Assembly (NCBI GenBank): GCA_963674755.2
Contig: CAXXVS010000001.1
Location: forward strand, 704,001-768,000
Direction of reading: 5' to 3'
Length of the DNA: 64,000 nt
Origin: Desulfobacterales bacterium
GTDB lineage: Bacteria; Desulfobacterota; Desulfobacteria; Desulfobacterales; UBA5852
Shown: piece after piece, positions 49,246-59,251 of the stretch
How positions within the stretch are numbered: the first letter of the stretch is position 1
Layout: every line of letters starts with the position of its first letter
Translations under genes and position numbers: made by a program
Notes under the pieces: model-generated
The model's database searches: none
What the model was told of the DNA's origin: nothing
What the model saw: only the letters and a program-made list of their open reading frames with translations

Positions 49246-50136
49246 ATGATCGGCGGCCTTTACTACCGCGCGCTGACACGGCTGTCCCAATGGTTCGGCC
49301 CCCGGGTCTTTCAGGTCGGGGCCTGGTTCGTGGCCGCCGGCTATTATGCCTTTTTCCCCGGGCGGGTGGCGGCCAGCGCGTCCTTTTACCGCGTGCTGCA
49401 GCCGGGTCGCAGTGGATGGTACTACCGCTGGTGCGCCTGGCAGCAGTTCCAGCGTTTCACCGGGGTTTTCCTGGACCGCTTTCTGCTGCAGACCGGGCAG
49501 CCCATCACCCACAGCTCCCAAGGGCTGGACGCCCTTTATGCCCACCTGGACCGGGGGCAGGGCGCGATCCTGCTCATCTCCCATGTGGGCAACTGGGAAC
49601 TGGCCGCGCACCTGCTCAAGCGCCGCCGGGCGCGCTTGCCCCTCATGCTTTACATGGGCGCCCGGCAGAAGGAGCAGATCGAAAAAACCCAGAAGCGAGA
49701 CTTGGCCGACTCGGGGATCCGCATCGTGGTGGCAGGGGAGGACTCCGCCGCCTATGACACGGTGGAAGGCATCCAGCATCTGAAGCAGGGCGGGCTGCTG
49801 TCTCTGGCCGGCGATCGGGTATGGCACGATGGCCAGCGGACTGTGGCGGCGCGCTTTTTAGGACGCCGCGTGGACCTGCCGGCCGGCCCCCATGTGTTTG
49901 CCATGCTGGCGGGTGTGCCTATCTTCTATTTTTTTTCATACCGGACCGGGCCCCAGCGGTACCATTTTTCCGTCATGGGACCGCACGTCGTGAACCCGGC
50001 CACCCGGGCCGAGCGGCCGGCCGCTCTGGAGGCCAGCGCCCAGGACTACGCCGACCACCTGGAAGCCTATGTGCGGCAGCATCCGTTCGAGTGGTTTCAT
50101 TTCCGCTCCCTGTTCAGCGAAAGGGCCGACCCTTGA
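49246..50136 (+). CDS. LpxL/HtrB-like acyltransferase
   Basis: SHVGNWE, LAGDR, FLG...P.GP, PFEWFHF. Confidence 0.9.
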   Translation: MIGGLYYRALTRLSQWFGPRVFQVGAWFVAAGYYAFFPGRVAASASFYRVLQPGRSGWYYRWCAWQQFQRFTGVFLDRFLLQTGQPITHSSQGLDALYAHLDRGQGAILLISHVGNWELAAHLLKRRRARLPLMLYMGARQKEQIEKTQKRDLADSGIRIVVAGEDSAAYDTVEGIQHLKQGGLLSLAGDRVWHDGQRTVAARFLGRRVDLPAGPHVFAMLAGVPIFYFFSYRTGPQRYHFSVMGPHVVNPATRAERPAALEASAQDYADHLEAYVRQHPFEWFHFRSLFSERADP

Positions 50137-50258
50137 CATTTGTATCGCGATCCAATAGAAGCAATAAATTTTATTAAACAAAATCAGAATGTTCATTGAA
50201 TTTCGCATTTTTAGGAGCCGCTGCTGAACCAAAGCGGGACTTTTCTGAGGAAGGCTGC

Positions 50259-50516
50259 ATGACAAGGGATGAGATCCGGGACAAGATTCTCAAGGTTTTC
50301 GAAACGGAATTCGAAATCGCCAATCCGGGTTTGGACGATGATTTGCGTGAAGCACATGGCTTCGACAGCATCGATGCCATCGAGCTTTTGGGGGAAATCG
50401 AGACCATGCTGGGCTACGAGTTGAGCCAGGAGCAGAAAAAGCGCGCCATGGACAATATCCGCACCCTCAACCAGATCCTGGACTACGTGGAAGGCTTGCG
50501 GCCCGAACCGGCCTGA
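50259..50516 (+). CDS. Acyl carrier protein
   Basis: GFDSIDAIE. Confidence 0.92.
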   Translation: MTRDEIRDKILKVFETEFEIANPGLDDDLREAHGFDSIDAIELLGEIETMLGYELSQEQKKRAMDNIRTLNQILDYVEGLRPEPA

Positions 50517-50530
50517 GAGGGGATAAGCGC

Positions 50531-51766
50531 ATGGACAGACGGGTGGTCATTACGGCGGCGTCGGCCATCAGTCCCATCGGCCACGGCCGGGAAGCCATTC
50601 TGGCCAGCCTGCAAAACGGGATCTCGGGGGTCAGGCCGCTGAAGGACGACGGCCTGCTCAGCGGGCACATCCACTCCAAGGTATTCGGCACGGTCACGGC
50701 CGACATCGATTTCGACTTCGAGCGCAAATACCGCAAGACCATGGGCCCGGTGGCCTTCTATGCCTGCCAGGTGGTCAAGGAAGTGGTCGCCCAGGCCGGT
50801 CTCACCCCGGAGGTGCTGGGCTCCGGCCGCCTGGGGGTGGCCTTCGGCTCCACCCACGGCAGCCCCACCGTGCAGCGGGGCATTTACGAAACCTTTTTCA
50901 GTAAATCCCAAAAGCGCTTCGCCGCCATCGGCGCCGTGGACTACCTCAAATCCATGGTGCACACCACGGCGGTCAACATCACCAAGATGTTCGGCATCAC
51001 CGGCCGGGTGATTTCCTCTTCCACGGCCTGCACCACCAGCAGTCAGTCCATCGGCTACGGCTATGAAGCCATCCGTTTCGGCCGGCAGGACGCCATGATC
51101 TGCGGCGGGGCGGACGAGTACGACACCACCACGGTGGCGGTCTTCGACAACCTGCTGGCCTGCTCCACGGCTTTCAACGACACCCCCTCCCGGACGCCGC
51201 GTCCCTTCGATGTGGACCGCGACGGACTGGTGGTGGGCGAGGGGGCCGGGGCCGTGCTGCTGGAAGAGTATGAAGCCGCCCGCCGGCGCGGGGCCGACAT
51301 CCTGGCCGAGGTGATCGGCTTCGACTGCAACAACAACGGCGGCGACCTGATTTTCCCCAACCAGGACGGTATCACCGCCACCATCAGGAACGGGCTCAAA
51401 GACGCGGGCCTAGGACCCGGCGATGTGGATTTCATCAGCGCCCATGCCACGGCCACCAAGATGGGGGACGTGATCGAGGCCAATGCCATCCAGCGTGTGT
51501 TCGGCGATCAATCGCCCCTGGTGGCGGGCCTCAAGAGCTACATGGGGCACACCATGGGCTCCTGCGGCGCCATCGAAACGATCCTGACGCTGTATATGAT
51601 GCAAGAGGGTTTCGTGGCGCCCACCCTCAATCTGGAAAAGATCGACCCGCGCTGCGCGGCCATCCGCCATGTGACCGAACTGATGGATTATCCGGTGCGT
51701 GTGGCCAGTATTCAAAATTTCGCCTTCGGGGGCGTGAATACCTGCCTCCTGCTGCGGAAGGTCTGA
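50531..51766 (+). CDS. Beta-ketoacyl-ACP synthase (FabF/B-like)
   Basis: STACTTS, AHATAT, KSYMGH, NFAFGG. Confidence 0.95.
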   Translation: MDRRVVITAASAISPIGHGREAILASLQNGISGVRPLKDDGLLSGHIHSKVFGTVTADIDFDFERKYRKTMGPVAFYACQVVKEVVAQAGLTPEVLGSGRLGVAFGSTHGSPTVQRGIYETFFSKSQKRFAAIGAVDYLKSMVHTTAVNITKMFGITGRVISSSTACTTSSQSIGYGYEAIRFGRQDAMICGGADEYDTTTVAVFDNLLACSTAFNDTPSRTPRPFDVDRDGLVVGEGAGAVLLEEYEAARRRGADILAEVIGFDCNNNGGDLIFPNQDGITATIRNGLKDAGLGPGDVDFISAHATATKMGDVIEANAIQRVFGDQSPLVAGLKSYMGHTMGSCGAIETILTLYMMQEGFVAPTLNLEKIDPRCAAIRHVTELMDYPVRVASIQNFAFGGVNTCLLLRKV

Positions 51767-51778
51767 TCCGGGTGGCCC

Positions 51779-52534
51779 ATGGGCGATACCATGCGCAAGC
51801 TTGCGGCCTTTCTACGCGACCTGACGGTCACCCTGCTGCTCTGGTTGTATTTCACCCTGGGCTTTATCGTCTTTTTCCTGCCGTTCTATAGCGGGGCGTA
51901 TTTTTTTTCATCGTCGCCTGAAGCCGCCTTCCAGAAGCTCAATCATTATTTCTACCGCATCTTCTTCCACTATTTCCGGCTGCTGATGCCGGGCCTCACG
52001 ATCCGCATCGATCCCGCCCTGCGGCGGCTGCGCGGGGCCGTGGTGGTCAGCAACCATCATTCCTACCTCGATCCCCTGCTCTTCCAGTCCGTCTTCGAGA
52101 GGCAGACCACCATCGTCAAGAGCGCCTTTTTTCGGGTGCCGATTTTCGGCTGGTTCATCAAGACCGCCGGCTACATGCCGGCTTCGGCCGAGGGCCCCTT
52201 CGCTGATCTGATGCTGCAGCGCATGGCGACCCTGCGGGATTTCTTCGCTGACGGGGGCGTGATGTTCGTCTTCCCGGAGGGCACCCGCCGCCCCGGGCGG
52301 CCCATCCAGGCGCTGCACGAAGGCGCTTTCAAGATCGCCCGACGCTGCCGGGTACCGCTGGCCGTGGTGCGCTTGCGCAACACGGAGCGCGTTTTCGCCC
52401 CCGGGCGTTTTCTATTCCGCACCACAGCGCCCGTAACGATCGCGATCGATCTGGTGCAGCAGTTCGAAAACGCCGGAGCCCTGTCGGCCGCAGAGCTCAA
52501 GCTTGCGGTGCTGGAAGCCCTCCGCCCGGTGTGA
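51779..52534 (+). CDS. PlsC-like lysophospholipid acyltransferase
   Basis: SNHHSYLD, FPEGTR. Confidence 0.92.
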   Translation: MGDTMRKLAAFLRDLTVTLLLWLYFTLGFIVFFLPFYSGAYFFSSSPEAAFQKLNHYFYRIFFHYFRLLMPGLTIRIDPALRRLRGAVVVSNHHSYLDPLLFQSVFERQTTIVKSAFFRVPIFGWFIKTAGYMPASAEGPFADLMLQRMATLRDFFADGGVMFVFPEGTRRPGRPIQALHEGAFKIARRCRVPLAVVRLRNTERVFAPGRFLFRTTAPVTIAIDLVQQFENAGALSAAELKLAVLEALRPV

Positions 52535-52590
52535 ACCTTCCGGCGGATTCCATCAAACCCAAAACCCAATTGATCTCGATAAGATAATGT

Positions 52591-52752
52591 ACCTTGCGGC
52601 ACTCCTTTGCGACCCACCTGATCCAGCAGGGTTACGACATCCGGTCTGTCCCGGAATTGTTGGAACACAAAAGCATCAAAACCACCCAGATTGATACACA
52701 CGTTCTCAATCGCGGTGGGCAAGGGGTTTTAAGCCCAACCGACAATCTTTGA
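52591..52752 (+). pseudogene. intI: Second integron integrase C-terminal remnant
   Basis: [53 protein letters not shown]; catalytic Tyr changed to Asp. Confidence 0.9.
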
Positions 52753-52999
52753 CCGCGATAGGTCATATTCTATCTGGGAAAGTATAGGGATGCCATTGAA
52801 ATCCAATCGGTATCCTGATAACTGCAAAAAAGTGTTTTTCCCCAAACAAGCCGGTCGATCCCGCCTTACCGCGTCAGCGGTTGTTGATTGAAGACTAACG
52901 CACCGCATGTATTTGTAATTATCGTAAGTAACCCGGCAAAAATGTGGGAAGGTTATGCGTCAAAAGGTGACGCATCTACTAAGACAATATGGAGACGAC

Positions 53000-53446
53000 A
53001 TGAAGAAAACAAACAAGATCGGGATAATTATTTGTGATCGTTATCGAAGATGTGGGGGAGGAAAATGTTTCAGGTCACTCAAAAACAGGGAGGGTGCATT
53101 CAGCAGATACAAGGATATGGAAGTCGAAATCGTTGGATACACCAGTTGCGACGGATGTCCCGGGGGTAACGTAGAATATGCTGTGGATGAAATGAAAGCA
53201 AATGGAGCGGAAATAATTCATCTGGCCACCGGTTTGATTGTCGGATATCCTCCATGTCCTCATATCGTCTATTTTCATGACTATATCGAATCCAAATATG
53301 GCCTTGAAGTCGTATACGGTACCCACCCTATACCGGAGAAGTATTTGAAGATGCATGAAAAACTGGGGACATGGAACAATGATGAATGGCAAGTTATCAT
53401 TGGTTCGACAATGAATGATGAAAAGATGCGCTTGGCCTATAACTGA
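53000..53446 (+). CDS. CGGC-domain protein (cassette-like)
   Basis: C...CGGGKC, SCDGCPG, PPCP, GTH; flanked by GTTATGC (52952) and GTATAAC. Confidence 0.9.
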   Translation: MKKTNKIGIIICDRYRRCGGGKCFRSLKNREGAFSRYKDMEVEIVGYTSCDGCPGGNVEYAVDEMKANGAEIIHLATGLIVGYPPCPHIVYFHDYIESKYGLEVVYGTHPIPEKYLKMHEKLGTWNNDEWQVIIGSTMNDEKMRLAYN

Positions 53447-53487
53447 TAAAAAAATATCATTTTTAAACAGTTGGTACCCATTATAAA

Positions 53488-53549
53488 GTATAACAAAGCG
53501 TTAGCAGCGAAGCGCAAAAAGCCGTGCCCGCTGAAAAGCGGCATTATAC
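53488..53549 (+). other. Degenerate attC
   Basis: GTATAAC...CAGCG..GCGCAAAAAGC..CGCTG...ATTATAC; same loop as the attC sites at 19385 and 20723. Confidence 0.7.
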
Positions 53550-53640
53550 CTCATTTCGAGCAGCTCATAAAAATGGCTGACGAAGCGCTCTACACCGCGA
53601 AGAAAAACGGACGCGACCAGTGCGTAACCAGCGCTCCCGG
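53550..53640 (+). pseudogene. GGDEF domain C-terminal stub
   Basis: EQLIKMADEALYTAKKNGRDQC. Confidence 0.7.
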
Positions 53641-53682
53641 GGGACATTCACGCCCTGAACATTTTAACCTTAATGGCCAGGA

Positions 53683-53778
53683 TTACGGAAACGAGTACCA
53701 TTGAGGAACCCGCTGCGGGAAAACTATACACCGGGATCTGCGCGGGAGGCGTCGGGTAACCGTCGTTCATAGTGCGAC
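53683..53778 (+). mobile_element. Decayed group II intron 3' end (domains V-VI)
   Basis: CGAGTAC..GAGGAACCCGCTGCGGGAAAAC...GATCTGCGCGGG...GGGTAACCG.CGTTC aligns with 30323-30420. Confidence 0.8.
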
Positions 53779-53998
53779 CCTGTAAAATTTGCCAATCCCG
53801 GAAGAGCACGCCTATGCATGGGGGGGCAAGAACTTGGCCCAGGGGTTGCCGGCAGGGAATCCGGCAAGGGTCGATGCGCAAACCTGTTGGGTAAACCGGA
53901 ACATTGGCGGGAATAGAGGGAGCCGCAGGGGCCAGGTCTGCACTATTGGGAAATCATAGCTGTGGAGCGTGTGGACCGGGCTCTCCCCTTACATCTAT

Positions 53999-54583
53999 AT
54001 GGATATCATTTTACAGGTTTGGGGAGGCGCTTTTTACCTTTTAAACAAGGTCTTTTTTGCGTTTGCCGAAGGGAGAAAGCAAAAAACCAAGCGCCAGCTA
54101 AAAATTGCGGGATGGTCTATTTACATATTAGGCGTCCCGGCCTGGGTGCTCATTCTGGTCGGCAAGCATGACTGGATCGCCGCCTCGATCGAGGCTGGCG
54201 GGGTTCCTTCAATGCTATTGGGGCTCTTTACCGTCTACTACAATGCAGACGCTCTGAATACGATTTTGGATCGAACGGCCGCCCTATTCACCTATGGTTT
54301 TTTGGTGATGGGCGTATCTTACAGCGTATATGACTATGGCGGCATCACATCGGTCTCCCAACTCTTTGAAATGGGCGTGATGATCGGCTTCCTGATCGGA
54401 AGCTACCTTTTGGCCAAGAACAATCCATATGGTTGGGTGTTTTTCATGCTGATGAACGGAAGCATGGCGTCGCTGATGTTGATCCAGCATCGACCGCTCT
54501 TATTTTTTCAGCAGCTCATGTCGTTGGGTTTCGTCATTTACGGTTTCGCGGCTTCATTTAAATCGACACGGCGTAAATGCTAA
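53999..54583 (+). CDS. Multi-TM membrane protein (PnuC-like repeat)
   Basis: About 7 TMs; GSYLLAK..PYGW. Confidence 0.75.
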   Translation: MDIILQVWGGAFYLLNKVFFAFAEGRKQKTKRQLKIAGWSIYILGVPAWVLILVGKHDWIAASIEAGGVPSMLLGLFTVYYNADALNTILDRTAALFTYGFLVMGVSYSVYDYGGITSVSQLFEMGVMIGFLIGSYLLAKNNPYGWVFFMLMNGSMASLMLIQHRPLLFFQQLMSLGFVIYGFAASFKSTRRKC

Positions 54584-54680
54584 CCAGGTGCTGCTGCCGA
54601 TGCGGATTCGCCGTACCGGAACGCACCACTTTTGGCCGGGAAATGACAATTGTTGAGTTATGCGTACGCAGGAAAAAGAA

Positions 54681-55055
54681 ATGAGCCAAATCGGGTATCT
54701 TAGAATATTTTCGGATGGCAACGGATGCTCGCACTTTGAGCGGAAATCGATCGCGTTGGAGACGCAGGACTATGCCCCTCCGGCACCGCCCCTGAATACC
54801 TCAACATCGCAGCCGGCCGATAAAGCAGTATTTCTCGAGCTTCCAGCCGGATGGTACGGTGATTGGCACCCGACACCGGTCAGGCAGTGGCTGATCCTGA
54901 TGACCGGCGAATGTGAATTCGAAGCCGGCGACGGTGAGCAGGTCCTTTGCAGCGCCGGCGACGTCGTACTGCTCGACGATATCACCGGCCAAGGACATCA
55001 GACGAAAGTGATCGGAGACAACCCGGTTCGCATGGCGGCCATTCATTTTTCTTGA
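54681..55055 (+). CDS. Cupin-like protein
   Basis: DGNGCSHF, WHPTPVRQW, GDVVLLDD.TGQGH. Confidence 0.85.
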   Translation: MSQIGYLRIFSDGNGCSHFERKSIALETQDYAPPAPPLNTSTSQPADKAVFLELPAGWYGDWHPTPVRQWLILMTGECEFEAGDGEQVLCSAGDVVLLDDITGQGHQTKVIGDNPVRMAAIHFS

Positions 55056-55091
55056 TCAGGAAGACTTCCCCCAAAGCGTTTTCAATAAAAA

Positions 55092-55508
55092 ATGAAATTA
55101 GACATAATAACAAATTGTTCCGGAGTCGATTGGCAGGCCGTCGCGGACACGCTTAAACTCGTCGAGATGGCGTATCATGAACCGGAGGTTCACAGGCGCG
55201 CTTTCGAGGCGAGTCACACGACGGTTTTCATTTATGCGCAGGCGCGGTTGATCGGCTTCGGACGAGCCCTGTCCGATGGCGAGTACCAAGGGGCCATTTA
55301 CGACGTCGCCGTCGTTCCCGAAGCCCAAGGCCAGGGAATCGGAAAGATCATCATTCAAACCATTTCTGAGCGACTTCCGAACTGTAATCTGATCCTCTAC
55401 GCAACGCCCGGGATGGAAGGCTTCTATCGGAAGCTGGGGTTCGGATTGATGAAGACGGGAATGGCCCGCTTCACCCACCCGCAAGCAATGCGAAAATTCA
55501 CGGAATAG
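55092..55508 (+). CDS. GNAT N-acetyltransferase
   Basis: IGFGRALSDG, VVPEAQGQGIG, FYRKLGF. Confidence 0.92.
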   Translation: MKLDIITNCSGVDWQAVADTLKLVEMAYHEPEVHRRAFEASHTTVFIYAQARLIGFGRALSDGEYQGAIYDVAVVPEAQGQGIGKIIIQTISERLPNCNLILYATPGMEGFYRKLGFGLMKTGMARFTHPQAMRKFTE

Positions 55509-55736
55509 CCGGCCGGTCGAAATCCCCGGATCCCCTCGCAACCCGCTCTCCTTTTCCCGTTTGTGTTCCCCGAAGACGATGGCCGCCCTGCGGCAGCGTC
55601 GGTAGCCGGTGGCGCGTCCCATGCCTTCCGCCGTATCGCAAAAATAGCAGATGTCGTCAGTTAGCTAAACTTTAAATATTGAAAGGCATTTATTTTATAT
55701 AATTTCCACAATCACTGAATATAATTGCTATCTTCC

Positions 55737-55766
55737 TTGACAATCGTGCCGCATTTTTAATATAAA
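55737..55766 (+). promoter_or_regulatory. Sigma70-like promoter
   Basis: TTGACA-N18-TATAAA in an AT-rich intergenic patch. Confidence 0.5.
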
Positions 55767-56056
55767 TGTAATAATTATAGGTAATTCTGTGGTGCTTGGA
55801 TTAGGCGGGCGACATGCAACGGTGTGCTTGCGATGGCTGGGCCCCAGCGATTCCTGCATTTCTTACTTGCCTTTATTCCTGTCTCTTGGCGGGCCATCTC
55901 AATCTGACAGTTTTGTCAGGCGATCCGCATCTCCCTGCCGACCGCCCTGTTTGTGACATTCAGCAGTGGCATGCCGCCCGTGACGCGGCCCGGTAAAGCC
56001 TCCTGGAAATTGCGGAACGGGGCCGGGCGAACTTCTCTATCTTCGGGGATACGATC

Positions 56057-56515
56057 ATGGCCAATCTTGCCGATGTGCGATTCAAAAAATCAGAGCATGC
56101 TTCCAGCCGCGAATTCGCCTTTGATACGAATATGCTGAAACTTTTCATGGCGGTCGACGGGCAAAAGACTGTGCGGGAAGTTTCCCGGGAAGTGGGGCTG
56201 CGTCAACCGGTATTCAAGGATACCTTCATCAAGCTTCTCAAACTGGGTCTGATCGAACAGATCGGAACCGAAGAGGCCTGCGTCGATCCGTCCTTCATCG
56301 ACGCGCTGCGGGAAACCCTCATCCAGCTTGTGGGCCCCTTGGGAGAGGTTCTGATGATCGACTCCGCCCAAGACCTGGGATGGAAGATGGATCATATCCC
56401 GATGTCGGGTCTGGCCGAATTTGTGTCGGCAGTGGCCCGGGAGATCCCCAGCGACAAGCAGAGCAACGAATTTAAAAAGCGGATGCTCAAAGAGATGCAG
56501 GCCCTGGGGGTGTAG
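56057..56515 (+). CDS. Hypothetical protein, wHTH + helical domain
   Basis: VDGQKTVREV...LLKLGLIE; LVGPLGEVL. Confidence 0.8.
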   Translation: MANLADVRFKKSEHASSREFAFDTNMLKLFMAVDGQKTVREVSREVGLRQPVFKDTFIKLLKLGLIEQIGTEEACVDPSFIDALRETLIQLVGPLGEVLMIDSAQDLGWKMDHIPMSGLAEFVSAVAREIPSDKQSNEFKKRMLKEMQALGV

Positions 56516-56559
56516 CACGCTTGCGAAGGTTCAACGCTATCCAGCATGGGAGAGGTGCC

Positions 56560-57174
56560 ATGAAAGGCTCCAGCAATATCCTGCGGCGGTTCGGCCTCGT
56601 CCTATTGGTCACCACCTTCCTTCTCGGCGGCAGCCGGCGGGGCGCCCTTTCCCAGGAAAAGCTCGCGGGGTTCGACCTGCAGGTGCACGAAATGGCCATG
56701 GCCTGTCGGGACCAGGTGGCCGCCGCGATGCTGAAGTTGGTCAAGGGCAACACGCTCACCCTGGCCCAGCTCTTCGACACCTTTTACATTCCCATTCCCG
56801 ATACCGATCCCCAAAAATACCACACCCAATACGACCGCTATACCGACGAGACCATCCGGATTATTCTGGACAACTATCTGTCGAAGGACGAGCGCATCAA
56901 GTTCGTGGTTGCCGTCGATAAAAACGGCTACCTCCCCACCCACAACAGCCGGTACTCAAAACCGCTCACCGGTGACGGGGCTTACGACACCCAGAACAAT
57001 CGCACCAAACGGATGTTCAACGACCGCACCGGACTTGCCGCGGCGCGCAATGAGAAACCGTATCTGCTTCAAAGCTACAGCCGGGATACGGGCGAGGTGA
57101 TGAAGGACCTTTCCGTGCCGATTTATATCGATGGCCGGCATTGGGGGGCCATCCGCATCGGTTACCAACCCTGA
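56560..57174 (+). CDS. Exported chemoreceptor-like sensor domain protein
   Basis: Signal-like N-terminus; FDTFY.PI..TDPQKY, D.NGYLPTHN, NRTKR.FND, YSRDTG, HWG. Confidence 0.85.
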   Translation: MKGSSNILRRFGLVLLVTTFLLGGSRRGALSQEKLAGFDLQVHEMAMACRDQVAAAMLKLVKGNTLTLAQLFDTFYIPIPDTDPQKYHTQYDRYTDETIRIILDNYLSKDERIKFVVAVDKNGYLPTHNSRYSKPLTGDGAYDTQNNRTKRMFNDRTGLAAARNEKPYLLQSYSRDTGEVMKDLSVPIYIDGRHWGAIRIGYQP

Positions 57175-57240
57175 CGGTGGTTTAAGCGGCGCTTGCTTAT
57201 TCCCGAAACGAAGCCATCAACGCCTACAAAGGATGATCAC

Positions 57241-58140
57241 ATGAGCATCATTTCCGGAAGCATCAGTACAAAGGTCGCCATTGTGGTTAATTTTTTTCTC
57301 CTCCTGGTCATTGCGGCGGGCAGCTATTTCCTGGTGGTGCAGCAGCGTCAAAGCCTCGAAGAAGAACTGCTCAACAAAGGCCGCATGCAGTCCGTGGTGG
57401 GGGCCAAGATGGTAGGGAAAATCCTGGAAGAAGCCATCGACAACGGCGTCTTCACGGTCACGCAAGCCTTTGACACCGATTATCAGCCGATCGGCAATTT
57501 TGACCCGCCCAAATTTCATACCCAATACGACTTCTATACCGACAAGGCCGTTTTGGGGATCATCGACGAATTCCTGCTGGACGACAGCGTGGTCTTTGCC
57601 GTCCCGGTGGATATCAACGGCTACCTGCCGACCCACAATACCCGCTATCAGCAGCCCATCACCGGTGATGTGGACAAGGACCGCGTGGGCAACCGGACCA
57701 AGCGGGTCTTCAACGATCCGGTGGGTTTGAAAGCGGCCCAGAATGAAGAACGGGGCTTCCTGCAGGTCTACCACCGGGATACCGGCAAAGTGATGTGGGA
57801 CGTCTCCTCGCCTATTTACGTCAAAGGCAAGCATTGGGGCGGGTTCCGCATCGGTCTTTCCCTCGATACGATCGAGCGGGCCAAGAACGATCTGATGAAA
57901 AATCTTCTCATCGTGATGGGCGTCATCCTGCTGGTATCGAGCCTGGTCACCCATGTGGCGGTCAATCTGGCCCTGGCACCCCTCAAGCGGCTCACCGGCG
58001 CCGCCCAGGACCTGGCCGATGCGAAGCATCTTGACAGAGAGATCCTCGTCACCCGCAAAGATGAGATTGGACGGCTGCAGGAAGTGCTGGAGCGGTTGCG
58101 CTTGAGCATGCTGGTGGTTCTTAAAAAGATGAAGCGTTAG
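57241..58140 (+). CDS. Membrane sensor: same domain + HAMP, no output domain
   Basis: TM-sensor-TM-HAMP (RKDEIGRL...ERLRLSM), then stop. Confidence 0.88.
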   Translation: MSIISGSISTKVAIVVNFFLLLVIAAGSYFLVVQQRQSLEEELLNKGRMQSVVGAKMVGKILEEAIDNGVFTVTQAFDTDYQPIGNFDPPKFHTQYDFYTDKAVLGIIDEFLLDDSVVFAVPVDINGYLPTHNTRYQQPITGDVDKDRVGNRTKRVFNDPVGLKAAQNEERGFLQVYHRDTGKVMWDVSSPIYVKGKHWGGFRIGLSLDTIERAKNDLMKNLLIVMGVILLVSSLVTHVAVNLALAPLKRLTGAAQDLADAKHLDREILVTRKDEIGRLQEVLERLRLSMLVVLKKMKR

Positions 58141-58327
58141 ATGCCGGGCGCGATCGGCCCGTTAAGGTTTTCCCGCTAAAGGTCGGGCGCTTCCACCCTG
58201 CAGGCGCAACATCAGCGCCCATTACGCCGTCGTGGGCGGCAGGCCGCCGCTCTCTCACTCATTTTCCGCTTTGGGCCGCCATTGATATCATCACTTCGGC
58301 GCGGCAGGTCGCTATCAGGAGGATTTT

Positions 58328-59098
58328 ATGGAATTGGGATTGCGCGGCAAGCGCGCCCTGATCACCGGTGGCTCCAGGGGTATCGGTTTGGCCTGCGCCA
58401 AGGCATTTGCCGCCGAAGGATGTCATTTGCACCTGGTGGCAAGAGGCCTTGCGCAGTTGGAGAAGGCCAAAGACGAAATCAGGGCGCTTGCGGCCGTCCA
58501 CGTGACGACCCATGGGATCGACCTCAGCCGGCCCAAGGCGGCCGAGGCGACCGTCGCGGCCTGTGGCCCCGTCGACGTGCTGGTCAACAATGCCGGTGCG
58601 ATTCCGGGCGGTTCCATCGAAACCGTGGACGAGGCACGCTGGCGTGAAGCCTGGGATCTGAAGGTCTTCGGCTACATCAACATGACCCGCGCCGTCCTGC
58701 CGGGCATGGTCGAACGGAAAGGCGGCGTGATCGTCAATATCATCGGCCTGGCGGGCGCCAAGCCGAGCTGCGACTATATCTGCGGAGCGGCCGGTAATGC
58801 GGCCCTGATGGCGTTCACAAGGGGCTTGGGGGCGGGCACCACACGCCGCGGGGTGCGTGTCGTGGGGGTCAATCCCAGCGTGACGCGAACCGCCCGCACG
58901 ATCGAGCTGTACAAAGCGAGGGCCCAAGCCGCCTACGGCGATGCATCCCGTTGGGAGGAGATGCTTGCCGATCTTCCCTTCGGCCGCCAGGCCGACCCCG
59001 AGGAGGTGGCGGCCCTGGTGGTGTTCTGTGCTTCCGGGCGCGCTTCCTATCTCAGCGGCACGGTGATCGACATCGACGGCGGGACCCTTTATCGCTGA
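58328..59098 (+). CDS. SDR oxidoreductase
   Basis: TGGSRGIG, VNNAG, SYLSG..IDIDGG. Confidence 0.93.
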   Translation: MELGLRGKRALITGGSRGIGLACAKAFAAEGCHLHLVARGLAQLEKAKDEIRALAAVHVTTHGIDLSRPKAAEATVAACGPVDVLVNNAGAIPGGSIETVDEARWREAWDLKVFGYINMTRAVLPGMVERKGGVIVNIIGLAGAKPSCDYICGAAGNAALMAFTRGLGAGTTRRGVRVVGVNPSVTRTARTIELYKARAQAAYGDASRWEEMLADLPFGRQADPEEVAALVVFCASGRASYLSGTVIDIDGGTLYR

Positions 59099-59251
59099 GG
59101 CCGCCCCGGAAGATGCCCGGCCCACCCCGATGCTTCCCATGATGACCGTCTTCCCCGCAGGGTAGGGAAAGACCTACTGTTTTTTTGCTGGAAAGTCCCT
59201 TATGCTCACGGTCGTCGATCTTCCCCAGCGATGCCGGGCAGCGGAAACACT

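Noticed and set aside
55770..56056. Riboswitch in the long leader
   Set aside because: Some pairing is possible, but no recognisable aptamer consensus
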